Assembly (NCBI GenBank): GCA_934621605.1
Contig: CAKTUZ010000017.1
Location: forward strand, 1,572 to 65,571
Direction of reading: 5' to 3'
From: an uncultured bacterium
Lineage (GTDB): Bacteria > Vulcanimicrobiota > Xenobia > Xenobiales > Xenobiaceae
DNA: 64,000 nt
In this document: positions 50,013-60,163 of the stretch, piece after piece
Layout of the letters: every line of letters begins with the position of its first letter
Position numbering within the stretch: position 1 is the stretch's first letter
Made by a program: the position numbers and the translations under genes
The notes under the pieces: generated by a model
What the model was told of the DNA's origin: nothing
Database searches by the model: none
The model's input: only the letters and a program-made list of their open reading frames with translations

Positions 50013-51293
50013 TTGTTCATTATGTTTAGTCAGTATTCATTATCACATAAATGTCTATTCACTGCGGCAGTGTTGGCTTGCTTGTTGAGTCCAAGTGCAG
50101 CGATGGCTGAAAAAAAGCCTAGCAGCGCGGCGGTACCGGAAGTAATTAAAGCTGCCCAAAAAAAATATGGCATACCTAGCGCTACTAAGCCTACTCCAGC
50201 TGCCGTGCCGCAAGTTACTTCTTTAAGCGATCTAGTTAATTTGCAACGCCAATCTTGTTCTTGGGCTTGCGTCACTAGCACTTTTTACGATTATCGCTCT
50301 GTCTCTATGTATCGTCGCCGCGCCGGTTTGCATTTAGGCTACGATATTGCTATGCAAGCTGGTACCGCTGCCCGCGCCGGTTGGCCAGGCACGGTTGTTT
50401 CTATCGCGCCTTGGGCCGACGGTGAATGGGGCGTCACTGTAGCTTCTTCCAACGGTATAGAAGTTACTTATGGCCATATAGTGCCAGTGGCTAGATTAGG
50501 CCAAGTGATCAATGTGGGCGATACTGTAGGCACTATCGCAGTCAACCATGTAGACGTAAAAATGCGCGGCGCCGACGGAGCTTATATTCCTTTTGGCGAA
50601 AAAGATAAACAAGCGGTTATGGCCGGAGCCTTGCAAGTACAGCCTATTACCAGCCGCGAACAACTTATGGTCGCTTGGTTAAGTGCCAACAATAATGAAG
50701 AAACGGTTAAAGAAGAAATTGAAGCCCGTGCCAGAGAAAACAAGCTCAACCAAATTGAAAGGCAAAAACTGGAAGAGCGCTATACAGAAAAACGCCTGGC
50801 TTTGCGCAATATGGAAAAATATTTTGAAGACGGCTTGGTCTCACGTCGAGAAGTAGAACAAACGCGCCGCAACCTGGAAAATACCCGTCTCGATTTACTC
50901 AAAGTGAAAACTTCACAAAAAGAAACACCAGATAAGCTCAAAAAGTTACAAAAACAGCTCGATCTTTGCCACAAGCGCACAGTTAAGGCTCAACAAGAGG
51001 CTCAAAAGCGAGGCCTCAACTGGCAAGATGTGCAAGATTTTATCAATAATTTGGTGGCTCAAGACAAAAATTTAAGTAAAACGGTTAAAGAATATAAAAA
51101 AGACAAGCAAGATGCCTACATTCAAGAGCTTTTACAAGTAAAGAGTGAGCTTAGTCAATGTGAAAGAACATTAAAAAGCCAAGAAGAACTCTTTGAAGTT
51201 GGCGGTTTGCCTCAAAAAGAGCTTGAAGCTACCCGACAAAGACAAAAAGTATTGCAACAACGCCTACAAGAATTAAAAGGCAAAAAGAAATAA
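50013..51293 (+). CDS. M23 family (LytM-type) peptidase, secreted, with long C-terminal coiled-coil
   Basis: Signal peptide. M23 core YRRRAGLHLGYDIAMQAGT...GHI. The C-terminal 200 aa are K/E/Q-rich heptad-like. Confidence 0.7.
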   Translation: MFIMFSQYSLSHKCLFTAAVLACLLSPSAAMAEKKPSSAAVPEVIKAAQKKYGIPSATKPTPAAVPQVTSLSDLVNLQRQSCSWACVTSTFYDYRSVSMYRRRAGLHLGYDIAMQAGTAARAGWPGTVVSIAPWADGEWGVTVASSNGIEVTYGHIVPVARLGQVINVGDTVGTIAVNHVDVKMRGADGAYIPFGEKDKQAVMAGALQVQPITSREQLMVAWLSANNNEETVKEEIEARARENKLNQIERQKLEERYTEKRLALRNMEKYFEDGLVSRREVEQTRRNLENTRLDLLKVKTSQKETPDKLKKLQKQLDLCHKRTVKAQQEAQKRGLNWQDVQDFINNLVAQDKNLSKTVKEYKKDKQDAYIQELLQVKSELSQCERTLKSQEELFEVGGLPQKELEATRQRQKVLQQRLQELKGKKK

Positions 51294-51561
51294 CTCATAA
51301 AAAATGAAAAGAGCCAAGCAAAGACACTTTTGCATGGCCCTCTTTTTGTCTGAAAATCTAAATTTCCACAGCCTCGGAAGCTTTTTAGCAAACTGCAGAA
51401 CTCAAGCGCCGACAAATGTTTGCCGCGGACAGCCTAAAATCTGCCTCATTTATCGGACGTTTTTACCTTGACATTCAAACAAACCCTCGCTAGGAGCGAC
51501 CGCACACTCGATCTAACTGTTGCTCCAAGCGGTTATTCTTAGCAATTTTATAGGTAAAATT

Positions 51562-51888
51562 CTATTCTATTACTACTAAGGAGTTACTATTTCCGCTGGC
51601 ATCAGTCACCCAATCATCAGGTCGCTCATCATTTTCCCAACGGCAATCGGCCTCACCGGGATTGACCACATACTTAAATTGGTAACTCTTACCGGCGTCT
51701 AAAGTGATAGTAGTACTGAAAGATCCGTCTTTCAAAAGAGACATCTCTTTGCCTTGTTCTACTTTCCAATCGCAAAAATCGCCCACCACTATAACACGAC
51801 GGGCGTTAAAATCGCCAGCCTTCTCGCTATTTAACTTAAAAGTAACTCTGCTCTTCATGCCGGTTTTGGTGGCATTCTTATTTATCAT
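51562..51888 (-). CDS. stand-alone CBM48/AMPK-beta glycogen-binding-domain-like protein
   Basis: VTFKL....A..V.VVGDFCDW.......M......F...I.L..G.YQFKYVV, the pattern of the isoamylase N-domain / AMPK beta GBD. Confidence 0.55.
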   Translation of the reverse strand: MINKNATKTGMKSRVTFKLNSEKAGDFNARRVIVVGDFCDWKVEQGKEMSLLKDGSFSTTITLDAGKSYQFKYVVNPGEADCRWENDERPDDWVTDASGNSNSLVVIE

Positions 51889-52649
51889 TATCTACTTGCA
51901 CTCCGCTTTATCAAAAGCTGCCAACCCTTCCCCAAGACCGACAGCCCAATCGGCAACTCTACCTCGCAGCCTTGCAACTATGACAAGAATCGCCAATCTA
52001 AAAAAACTCTTACCAGCAAATTTTATTAGTTGCATCTTCATTTGCCCCTACCCATTTTTCTACAGCACAAGATACAAACAGCACACTTTGCCGGTTATAT
52101 TTTATAGATTCCTACGCAAACTGTCAATATTAAATGTATATACAAATACACTATTTTCATATCACTTTTTAATGGGACTTATATACAACTTAACACTCAA
52201 CCCAAATTAACGAGCCTTGCCTACTGAGAATCTGCAGGTCTTACGAGCTCTCTCTACAATGGACAATGCCCTGCCCATACACTTATGTACTAACTATGCG
52301 AAGAGAATACAGTTGCCTTCACGCTCTATATTTACTGAAGCATTTCTATCACGATTATGTCTGCTGCCACAATTAAGACTGGACGTGACTTATATTCCCA
52401 TGCCTGAAGGCAGGGGCTTTACGGCACTTGCGGTAACTCAAGTTGTCTTGCCAATGTTTAAATTTTAAATTAACTGAACCGTAATCGAGGCCCCTAAGCC
52501 GAAATTTTATAAGAAGGAAGACCAGTCCTCAAAAAGAAAGGAAATTAAGCCCCAATTAGCGGGTTCTGACTTTCTATTTTGAGCCTTTTCGACTTAGTCT
52601 AAGCAGCTTAAAATAACAAAGTCTGCAACATAGTATTTCGGAGTTTATC

Positions 52650-53909
52650 GTGCGTAGTTATCGCCTTCTGATATGGACGTTCGTCTTTGTACTATTTCTG
52701 GGCGGGGCAGCGGCCTTAATCTGGTATTATACCCAAAACGAACTTCCCCCCTCATTTGAAAGAACCATTGGTACAGGCTTTGCCGGTAAGGGAGCCGGTG
52801 AGTTACACGAACCAACCGGAGTTACTGTCGACGCCAGTGGCAATATTTACGCTTTAGATACCAGAAATTGTCGCATTCAGCGTTTTGATCCGCAAGGTAA
52901 ACTTATCGATGTTTGGGGTTCCCAGGGCTCCGGAGACGCTCAATTGCGAGAGCCTCTGCGCATAAAATTAGCTCCCGATAACACCATTTGGGTATCAGAT
53001 ACTGGCAATAACCGTCTGCTTCACTTTACAACTCAAGGTGAATATCTCGGTGAAGTCGGCTCCTTAGGTCAAGGCGAGGGCCAGTTTGCAGCTCCCATCG
53101 GTATAGCTTTCGATAGCGAAGGTTATATGTGGGTTACAGATGCTCGCAACAATCGTTTACAGCTTTTCAACCCTAAGGGTGAATTTGTTTCCGCTCTGGA
53201 AAACAACGGTTCCCTCAATTTAAATCAACCTTGGGGCCTGGACTTAAATGTCAATGACGAAATTTATGTGGCCAATACTAAGTCCAATCAGATTTTGAAA
53301 TTTAATGCCGACGGCGAACTTTTGCTTAAATGGGGACTTCCCGGCAAAGGCCCTGGTGAATTTGATAAGCCCACCGACGTTTTGGTTATGTATGACGGCA
53401 ATGTACTAGTTTCCGACACTGGTAACAATCGCATTCAAAAATTTACTGGCAATGGTGTTTTCATTACTGAATGGGGAGTTGGCGGAAGCGAAAATGCCGC
53501 TCTGCATTGTCCGCAGCAAATTTCTGAAGGCTTAGATCAGATGTTTTATGTAGCTGACACCGGCAGCAACCGCATTCAAATTATTCACCAGCGCGATCCT
53601 ATTCACTTATATGGTCCCAAACCTTCTCCTTACCCAACTGCCAAGCAACAAATAAAGAGCGAAGGTGGCGGCAATTCTATGCTTGACGAATTTAGTTCCG
53701 GAGGCAGCACTTCCAAGACCGAAGCTAAAAAAGACAAAGACAAGGTAGACGACCAGGACTCCAAGAACTTGCGCGACAGTGCTGCTGAGAGTTCTGATTC
53801 CAAAGCCTCAGACAGCAAAGAAAAAGCCAAACCTGACAAAACTTCTGCTGCCGACAAGCAGGACAAAGCCAAAAAGACGGAAGACAATTCTCTGACGGAC
53901 ACTTTATAG
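52650..53909 (+). CDS. NHL-repeat beta-propeller protein, N-terminal TM anchor, K/D/S-rich C-terminal tail
   Basis: Six repeats of the type VSDTGNNRIQKF / VTDARNNRLQLF. GTG start with GGAG 6 nt upstream. Confidence 0.75.
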   Translation: MRSYRLLIWTFVFVLFLGGAAALIWYYTQNELPPSFERTIGTGFAGKGAGELHEPTGVTVDASGNIYALDTRNCRIQRFDPQGKLIDVWGSQGSGDAQLREPLRIKLAPDNTIWVSDTGNNRLLHFTTQGEYLGEVGSLGQGEGQFAAPIGIAFDSEGYMWVTDARNNRLQLFNPKGEFVSALENNGSLNLNQPWGLDLNVNDEIYVANTKSNQILKFNADGELLLKWGLPGKGPGEFDKPTDVLVMYDGNVLVSDTGNNRIQKFTGNGVFITEWGVGGSENAALHCPQQISEGLDQMFYVADTGSNRIQIIHQRDPIHLYGPKPSPYPTAKQQIKSEGGGNSMLDEFSSGGSTSKTEAKKDKDKVDDQDSKNLRDSAAESSDSKASDSKEKAKPDKTSAADKQDKAKKTEDNSLTDTL

Positions 53910-53968
53910 CGAAAAAGACTCTGGTCAAAGCAAGACCTATCTGCTAGAATGGCCGTTAAGGTTAGGCA

Positions 53969-54024
53969 GCTCTTCTTCCCCCTCAAAGTTGTGCGCCTAA
54001 AGAGGAAGAGCTTGTTTTTGTTTT
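53969..54024 (+). terminator. rho-independent terminator of the NHL-repeat gene
   Basis: Stem GCTCTTCTTCC / GAGGAAGAGC followed by TTGTTTTTGTTTT. It lies inside the ORF-track N-terminal extension of metK. Confidence 0.65.
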
Positions 54025-54104
54025 ACCCCTCAGAAGCAGAAATGAGCGGCGTGTATGACAGCTTACAAGTTGAAGCTGTGAATCAATTAAGGAGCTTATT
54101 TATT

Positions 54105-55328
54105 TTGGCTAGTAATTACGAACTTTTCACCTCAGAATCTGTAACTGAGGGACATCCTGACAAGGTGGCCGATCAGATTTCTGATGCTATTTTGGACGCT
54201 TTTTTAACTGAGGATCCTCAGTCCCGCGTAGCCTGCGAGACTTTCCTCCACACCGGCTGCGCTCATATTGCCGGCCAGATCACTTCTTCCGCCTACATCG
54301 ATATTGCTGACATTGTACGTAAAACTTTGGTCGAGATTGGCTATGATTGCCCCGACTACGGTATTGACGGACGCAGCTGCGGTGTGCTCATATCTATCGA
54401 CGGTCAGTCTCCCGACATCGCTCAGGGCGTAGACTGCGCTTTGGAAGTACGTGACGAGAAAGAAAAAGCTGAGGAAGAAGACGCTGTAGGCGCCGGCGAC
54501 CAAGGCATGATGTTTGGCTATGCTTGCGATGAAACTCCCGAGCTTATGCCCTTGCCCATTCAGCTCTCTCACGCTTTGGCTATCCAGTTGGCTAAAGTTC
54601 GCAAAACCAACGTTTTGAGTTATCTCCGTCCCGACGGAAAGACTCAGGTCACTATCCGCTACGAAAACGGAAAGCCCATAGCTATCGACACTATCGTTAT
54701 TTCCACTCAACACGATCCCGATGTGTCCTTAGAGCAAATTCGCAAAGATATGATTGAGCACGTGATTCTGCCTATCGTACCCGCTCAGTTTATCAAAAAA
54801 GAAGGCGATAAGATCGTCTCTCCTCGCATTTTAGTCAATCCTACCGGTCGTTTCGTTATCGGCGGCCCTCAGGGTGACACCGGCTTGACCGGACGTAAAA
54901 TTATCGTCGATACTTACGGCGGCATGGCTGCTCACGGTGGCGGCGCTTTCTCCGGCAAGGATCCGACAAAGGTTGACCGTTCTGCCTGCTACGCTGCTCG
55001 TTATGTAGCGAAGAATATCGTAGCTGCTGGTTTGGCTTCCAGATGTGAAGTTGCTCTCGCTTACGCTATCGGCGTAGCTGAACCTGTAAGCGTATCTGTC
55101 GATACTTTCGGCACCGAGACTATTCCTGTAGCCGACATTATAGCTTTAGTACGTAAAAACTTCGATCTGCGTCCCGGCGCTATTATTCGTAAGCTTAAAT
55201 TGCGTCGTCCCATTTACAAAGCCTTGGCTGCTTATGGTCACTTTGGCCGTACTCTTCCCGGTGCCACCTGGGAAAAAACCGACAAAGCCGAGACTTTACG
55301 CGAACAGGCTGCCAAACTCAAAAAGTAG
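54105..55328 (+). CDS. metK: S-adenosylmethionine synthetase
   Basis: [42 protein letters not shown]. The start is assigned to the in-frame TTG at 54105 preceded by AAGGAG, which gives the canonical N-terminus [12 protein letters not shown]. Confidence 0.85.
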   Translation: MASNYELFTSESVTEGHPDKVADQISDAILDAFLTEDPQSRVACETFLHTGCAHIAGQITSSAYIDIADIVRKTLVEIGYDCPDYGIDGRSCGVLISIDGQSPDIAQGVDCALEVRDEKEKAEEEDAVGAGDQGMMFGYACDETPELMPLPIQLSHALAIQLAKVRKTNVLSYLRPDGKTQVTIRYENGKPIAIDTIVISTQHDPDVSLEQIRKDMIEHVILPIVPAQFIKKEGDKIVSPRILVNPTGRFVIGGPQGDTGLTGRKIIVDTYGGMAAHGGGAFSGKDPTKVDRSACYAARYVAKNIVAAGLASRCEVALAYAIGVAEPVSVSVDTFGTETIPVADIIALVRKNFDLRPGAIIRKLKLRRPIYKALAAYGHFGRTLPGATWEKTDKAETLREQAAKLKK

Positions 55329-55359
55329 TTTTTGCAACTAATTCAGCCTAAAATAAATA

Positions 55360-55402
55360 AAGCCCCTCCTCCGTATTATAAAATAGAGGAAGGGCTTTTT
55401 TT
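55360..55402. terminator. bidirectional rho-independent terminator between convergent metK and TPR gene
   Basis: Stem GCCCCTCCTC / GAGGAAGGGC with an A-run upstream and T7 downstream. Confidence 0.65.
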
Positions 55403-55412
55403 ATAGCACTTT

Positions 55413-56252
55413 TTATGGCATGAACATATTTTTAACGAAATCAAAAAAGCCGCCATTAGCTTGTTTTTTTAAATGTTTAACTTCAGAAGCCAAATTTTCC
55501 ATAAAGGGCAAAGGACAATTTAAGCGAGCAGCTTTTTCTACCGAGCGTTCGGCTATATCAAAATTTTTATTGGCTGCCGCCGACATGGCATGTAAATACC
55601 ATAATCTAGCCCTGTTTACTCCTCGCTGTACAGCAATTTGTAGAAAGTCAAAAGCTTTGTTATAACGTTGCAGCATATAGAACATTTCTCCCATACGCTG
55701 ACACATATTTAAATCGCTACCAAAGCGACCTTTCCAATCTTCAGTAGCTTTTGTCGCCTCATTAAGCAAGTTTGCTTTGTAGAGAACAAAAATACGTTCC
55801 ATTAAATAAATAGGATCTTCATCATTCTGTAGCAACTTTTCGGGACTGTAAACTTTTTCTATTGCTTCCTTAAGTTTATTCTGATCATTTTTTTTCAAAT
55901 TAAAGGACAAAGCATAAAGCCAAGTGCTTTCTGCCTTAGCCAAATCGGGAAAAAGCTTCATGTAACTTTCACCGTAACGCACTGCTTTATCAGCATTGCC
56001 TTGAACTAAATTACAATGAATAAAACCGCGCAAACCTAATATTTTACTTTTTTCTTCTTCGTTCTGAGCGGCTTTATTATAAAAAGAGAGAGCTTGTTCA
56101 AAATTGCCTTCCAAAAGCATAAGATCAGCCGTAACCAAATCAGAGCCGCTCTCGGTAGCTTCTTCAGGACTGGTATAAGTGTAATGGTTATATAGTTTGC
56201 TTCCCTGCCAAGTGTCGGAATTGTTCTTTTTTTGAGTCGATTCAGCTACCAT
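55413..56252 (-). CDS. tetratricopeptide-repeat protein
   Basis: Repeated 34-residue TPR-like units (AxxxYxxA...AxxxxxxA patterns). Confidence 0.6.
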   Translation of the reverse strand: MVAESTQKKNNSDTWQGSKLYNHYTYTSPEEATESGSDLVTADLMLLEGNFEQALSFYNKAAQNEEEKSKILGLRGFIHCNLVQGNADKAVRYGESYMKLFPDLAKAESTWLYALSFNLKKNDQNKLKEAIEKVYSPEKLLQNDEDPIYLMERIFVLYKANLLNEATKATEDWKGRFGSDLNMCQRMGEMFYMLQRYNKAFDFLQIAVQRGVNRARLWYLHAMSAAANKNFDIAERSVEKAARLNCPLPFMENLASEVKHLKKQANGGFFDFVKNMFMP

Positions 56253-56424
56253 ATGATAAAATCCAAAACAAAAAAACTCGCATAATTCTAGGAATTGCGC
56301 TATTCCAGAGTTTCTTATTTATAAAAAAAAGCCTGCCTGGCAATTGGCCGAAACTGCAGCTTACACAAAAATCGACAACGGCGGGCCTGCGCAGCGTTCA
56401 TTAGTGTAGCGTAGCAAAACGCTT

Positions 56425-59400
56425 CTATTCTCGGGACTTTAATTCTGCAATTCCAAGCCCGAAGTATTTATCAAAAAAGGCTTTCAGCTTCTCGATTATA
56501 CCTTGCTTCTTCTTGTCTCTGCCGCTACCGCCGAAGCGTGAAATTGGGGGCATGAGCTTGCCGATTCCTGTTCCTATTGTTTTTAATTCTCCGTCAAGGA
56601 AGGCGCGGTCAATAAACTTTCTGGTTTCTTCCGGATTCAACTTTTCGTTCCTGATAATTTCCGTCAAATCATTTTCTTCTTGTTCCAGAACAAAACGCCG
56701 CCAATCCGTATTAACCTGCGTGTCAGTATTGACACGACCAATAAATGCTTCGATAAGCGCTTTTTTGCTGCGCAGCTGCGTACTTGCCTCAACTGTCTTG
56801 CGAATAGAAGTGAGGATTTCTTGATCTTCGCAGTTGCTGTCATGATATTTTTCAACCAACATCAATATATAGTCAATATTGATTTCCACTTGCTTGATCA
56901 GCTCGATTTCAAATTCAATATCATCAGTTATATCTTCTTTTTCGGCATCTTTTTTTCTGCGGTACTTGTCGTAGAGATCAAGGTAAGCACTTTGATAATC
57001 CTGCAAGTCTCTGGCCGAGATATTATCCTTTTCTGCAAACTGGTCAAAAGATGAAAGAATGTTTCTTATGCTGAGGATCGAGCCAAACAGTTTGATAAAG
57101 TCCTTCTCCGCCTGCTCTCCGACAATCTGAGCACCAAAAGGAAACTCTGTTTCCAGCTTTTCAAGCAAATCAATATAGCCAGGATGATATTTTCCTCGAC
57201 TGTCCTCGTAGCCGTTCCAATAATCGTTGAAGCTCTTGAGCAGCACAATACCGCTCGCGTTCTTATCGCCAAAGATGGCGATTGCATCATCTGTGGCTTG
57301 CTGCAAATCACGGAAGCAAACTATATTGCCATAGGTCTTTACAGAGTTCAAAATACGGTTAGTCCGGGAATAAGCTTGAATCAGCCCATGCATCTTAAGT
57401 TTTTTGTCCACCCATAGAGTGTTCAGTGTGGTAGCATCGAAGCCCGTTAAGAACATATTCACAACAATTAGCAAATCAACTTCCCGATTCTTTACTCGCA
57501 TGGACAAGTCCTTATAATAGTTCTGGAACTTGTCAGAGGAGGTATCAAAGTTAGTTCTGAACGCAGCGTTGTATTTTTTTATGGCATTTTCAAGGAACCC
57601 GCGAGAATTCCGATCCAGGGCATCGGTATCAAAGCCCTCCTCTTGCAGAACATCTTCGGGATCATCCTCATTTGCAGAGTAGCTGAAAATAGTGGCAATT
57701 GTAAACTGACGGCGGCTTTCGGAAATCTGTCTCTGAAACTCATTGTAATACTTTATTGCCATGGGAATGGAACTGACAGCGAATATGGCGTTAAAACCAG
57801 CCATCCGTTTGCCTTTCAAAGAGTAAAAACTATTGCGCTTGGTTTTCTGATCGAAATGCTCCAGCGTGTATTTAACGATTTCCTGAATACGCTCCGGCGC
57901 CTCCATCGCCCGTTCACTGTCGATTGCAGCCACGCTCTTATCCTTGATGTTCTCTTTTTCCTTAACCGTATTCACATAGTCGACGCGGAACGGAAGCACA
58001 TTGCCGTCATTAATAGCATCCACGATGGTGTAATTGTGCAGCTGATCGCCAAAGGTCTGCGGCGTGGTCAGAAGTTCCGTGCGTTTGCCTTTTCCTGCAT
58101 TGGCGGCAAAAATGGGGGTGCCCGTAAAGCCGAACAGGTGATAATTTTTAAAGGACTTTACAATCTTAGCGTGCATATCGCCGAATTGGCTGCGATGGCA
58201 CTCGTCAAAGATGATCACGCAATGCTTGCCAAATACTTCGTGTCCCTTGTTCTTCGTTATAAAGTTGTTCAGCTTCTGGATGGTGGTGATAATGATTTTA
58301 TATTGATGGAACCCGCCTTTCTCATTCCTGTCCTCAAGCTGTCTCTGCAAAACTGTTGTAGAGGTATTGCTGTTGGCAGAGCCTTTTTCAAAGCGGTCAT
58401 ATTCCTTCATAGTTTGATAGTCAAGGTCTTTGCGATCAACAACGAACAAAACCTTATCTATATAAGGAAGTGCGGACGCAAGCTGTGCGGTCTTGAAGGA
58501 AGTTAGGGTTTTGCCGCTTCCTGTGGTATGCCAGATATAACCTCCGGCCTCAGTCGTTCCCATCTTTTTATAGTTGGTCGAAATTTCAATACGGTTTAAG
58601 ATACGCTCAGTCGCGGCAATCTGATAGGGGCGCATGACCATCAGAATTTCTTCTGTTGTGAAAACACAATATTTGAACAGCACATTCAGAATGGTATGCT
58701 TGGCAAAGAAGGTTTTCGTAAAATCGATCAGGTCGGCAATGACCTTATTGTTGCCGTCCGCCCAGAAGGAAGTAAACTCAAAACTATTGCTGGTTTTCTT
58801 CGATTTCCGTTTTGCAGATTCGCCCATCTCTTTGATGTGGCTGTTTCTGGTGGTGTTGGAATAATATTTGGTGTGTGTTCCGTTGGAAACAATGAAAATC
58901 TGCACATACTCATACAAGCCGCTAGCAGCCCAGAAGCTGTCTCTCTGGTAGCGTTTGATCTGATTAAAGGCTTCCCGTATGGCAACACCACGGCGTTTAA
59001 GTTCCACATGGACAAGAGGCAGACCGTTGACCAAAATAGTCACATCATAGCGTGTATCGTGATCGCCTTCGATTTCCTCATACTGGTTGATAACCTGCAA
59101 ACTGTTATTGTGAATATTCTTTTTATCTATAAGCCGAATATTCTTGGAAGTTCCGTTATCCCTGCGAAGTGTCTTTACATGGTCGATCTGGATGGTGCGA
59201 CTTTTCTCAACGATGCCCTCATTGGCATTAGCAAGATTTTCCACAAAGAACCGCTTCCACTCGCCGTCGGTAAAAGTATAATCGTTCAAACGCTCCAGCT
59301 GCTGTCTAAGGTTGACAATCAGACTTTCTTTATCATGGATGGAAAGATACGCATATCCTTGAGCAGTCAGCAGACGGATAAATTCCTTTTCCAAAGCCGC

Positions 59401-59496
59401 TTCGCTCTGAAAGCTGTCAGAACGTGAGCTTTCCGGCGTATATTCAGCAGCTACGGTGCTGTCATTACTTTCAATAATAATATTGTAATTACTCAC
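56425..59496 (-). CDS. hsdR: type I restriction endonuclease subunit HsdR (type IC/EcoR124-like size)
   Basis: Helicase motif I HTTGSGKTLTSF and motif II IIFDECHRSQ (DECH). N-terminal nuclease region VNGLPLVHVELKRRG. 1023 aa. Confidence 0.85.
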   Translation of the reverse strand: MSNYNIIIESNDSTVAAEYTPESSRSDSFQSEAALEKEFIRLLTAQGYAYLSIHDKESLIVNLRQQLERLNDYTFTDGEWKRFFVENLANANEGIVEKSRTIQIDHVKTLRRDNGTSKNIRLIDKKNIHNNSLQVINQYEEIEGDHDTRYDVTILVNGLPLVHVELKRRGVAIREAFNQIKRYQRDSFWAASGLYEYVQIFIVSNGTHTKYYSNTTRNSHIKEMGESAKRKSKKTSNSFEFTSFWADGNNKVIADLIDFTKTFFAKHTILNVLFKYCVFTTEEILMVMRPYQIAATERILNRIEISTNYKKMGTTEAGGYIWHTTGSGKTLTSFKTAQLASALPYIDKVLFVVDRKDLDYQTMKEYDRFEKGSANSNTSTTVLQRQLEDRNEKGGFHQYKIIITTIQKLNNFITKNKGHEVFGKHCVIIFDECHRSQFGDMHAKIVKSFKNYHLFGFTGTPIFAANAGKGKRTELLTTPQTFGDQLHNYTIVDAINDGNVLPFRVDYVNTVKEKENIKDKSVAAIDSERAMEAPERIQEIVKYTLEHFDQKTKRNSFYSLKGKRMAGFNAIFAVSSIPMAIKYYNEFQRQISESRRQFTIATIFSYSANEDDPEDVLQEEGFDTDALDRNSRGFLENAIKKYNAAFRTNFDTSSDKFQNYYKDLSMRVKNREVDLLIVVNMFLTGFDATTLNTLWVDKKLKMHGLIQAYSRTNRILNSVKTYGNIVCFRDLQQATDDAIAIFGDKNASGIVLLKSFNDYWNGYEDSRGKYHPGYIDLLEKLETEFPFGAQIVGEQAEKDFIKLFGSILSIRNILSSFDQFAEKDNISARDLQDYQSAYLDLYDKYRRKKDAEKEDITDDIEFEIELIKQVEINIDYILMLVEKYHDSNCEDQEILTSIRKTVEASTQLRSKKALIEAFIGRVNTDTQVNTDWRRFVLEQEENDLTEIIRNEKLNPEETRKFIDRAFLDGELKTIGTGIGKLMPPISRFGGSGRDKKKQGIIEKLKAFFDKYFGLGIAELKSRE

Positions 59497-59515
59497 GCGG
59501 CATCTTCCCCATTTT

Positions 59516-60163
59516 TTATTTTTGCTGGAAAGTCAGCAATTTATCCCGATAAAACTCATACTGTTTCTTTCTCGCTGTAAGCTCTGCTGTAAGCTCTGCT
59601 GTAAGCTCCGTGAAATTGTCCAGGATGCGGACAATTTCACTCTGCACTGGCAAAGGAGGAACGGGAATTCGGATTGCTTTTATTGCAGGTACACTCGAAT
59701 GAACAACTTTGCTTTTGACCTTCCCCGCACTTTTTTGCCGTCTTGCTTCTTCGGTTGCAAGCGCATAACTCAAAAACTTTGGATTCTCATTGTGTTTTAG
59801 AACAACAATATCCCCACCTGCCAAACAATCGTCATCGCCTACATATGCGCATGATTTTGCAATATCTTCAACGCTCTCTCCAGTGATGGCAAACAGAATG
59901 TCTCCATGGCTGAAATATTTGGGAGACTGCACATACTCAAGCCGTGTATGAGATACACATGAATCGAACCAAATGCCGTATGTTGTGTAGATTTCTCCGT
60001 AACGAACACAAGGAATTCCATCCTTGGTAACTTGGTCACGCTTTATTCCAGAGCCACGGAAAACATCGGTTGCTATTTCGCCAAGTGTTTTATACTCCAC
60101 CCCATCTGGGCAGTATTGCTGAATCAGTTCGTCCAGCTTGCTCTGTTTTCTCTCATTACTCAT
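59516..60163 (-). CDS. hsdS: half-size type I specificity subunit HsdS (single TRD) with C-terminal TAEL repeats
   Basis: A single TRD followed by the conserved helix ...[32 protein letters not shown]. The ATGA start overlaps the rhuM stop. Confidence 0.75.
   Translation of the reverse strand: MSNERKQSKLDELIQQYCPDGVEYKTLGEIATDVFRGSGIKRDQVTKDGIPCVRYGEIYTTYGIWFDSCVSHTRLEYVQSPKYFSHGDILFAITGESVEDIAKSCAYVGDDDCLAGGDIVVLKHNENPKFLSYALATEEARRQKSAGKVKSKVVHSSVPAIKAIRIPVPPLPVQSEIVRILDNFTELTAELTAELTARKKQYEFYRDKLLTFQQK
59576..59611. repeat. 12-bp tandem repeat (GTAAGCTCTGCT x ~3) encoding (TAEL)n in hsdS
   Basis: Read directly: gtaagctctgct gtaagctctgct gtaagctccgtg. Confidence 0.85.

Noticed and set aside
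51704-52468. ORFs 51704-52210(+) and 52217-52468(+) in the gene-poor region
   Set aside because: The first is antisense to the CBM48 ORF and reads through AT-rich DNA. The second has no RBS or motif. Both were kept only as part of the non-coding region finding.
53949-54104. ORF-track N-terminal extension of metK ([10 protein letters not shown]...)
   Set aside because: It contains a strong terminator hairpin/T-tract and has no MetK homology. The TTG at 54105 with its AAGGAG RBS gives the canonical N-terminus.
54025-54104. SAM-I riboswitch upstream of metK
   Set aside because: Only ~80 nt are available and none of the conserved SAM-I, SAM-II or SAM-V motifs could be recognised by eye. Not claimed.
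56325-56365. Possible terminator for hsdR (minus strand) at the A8 run / CAATTG palindrome
   Set aside because: The stem is only ~3-4 bp and too weak to call confidently.
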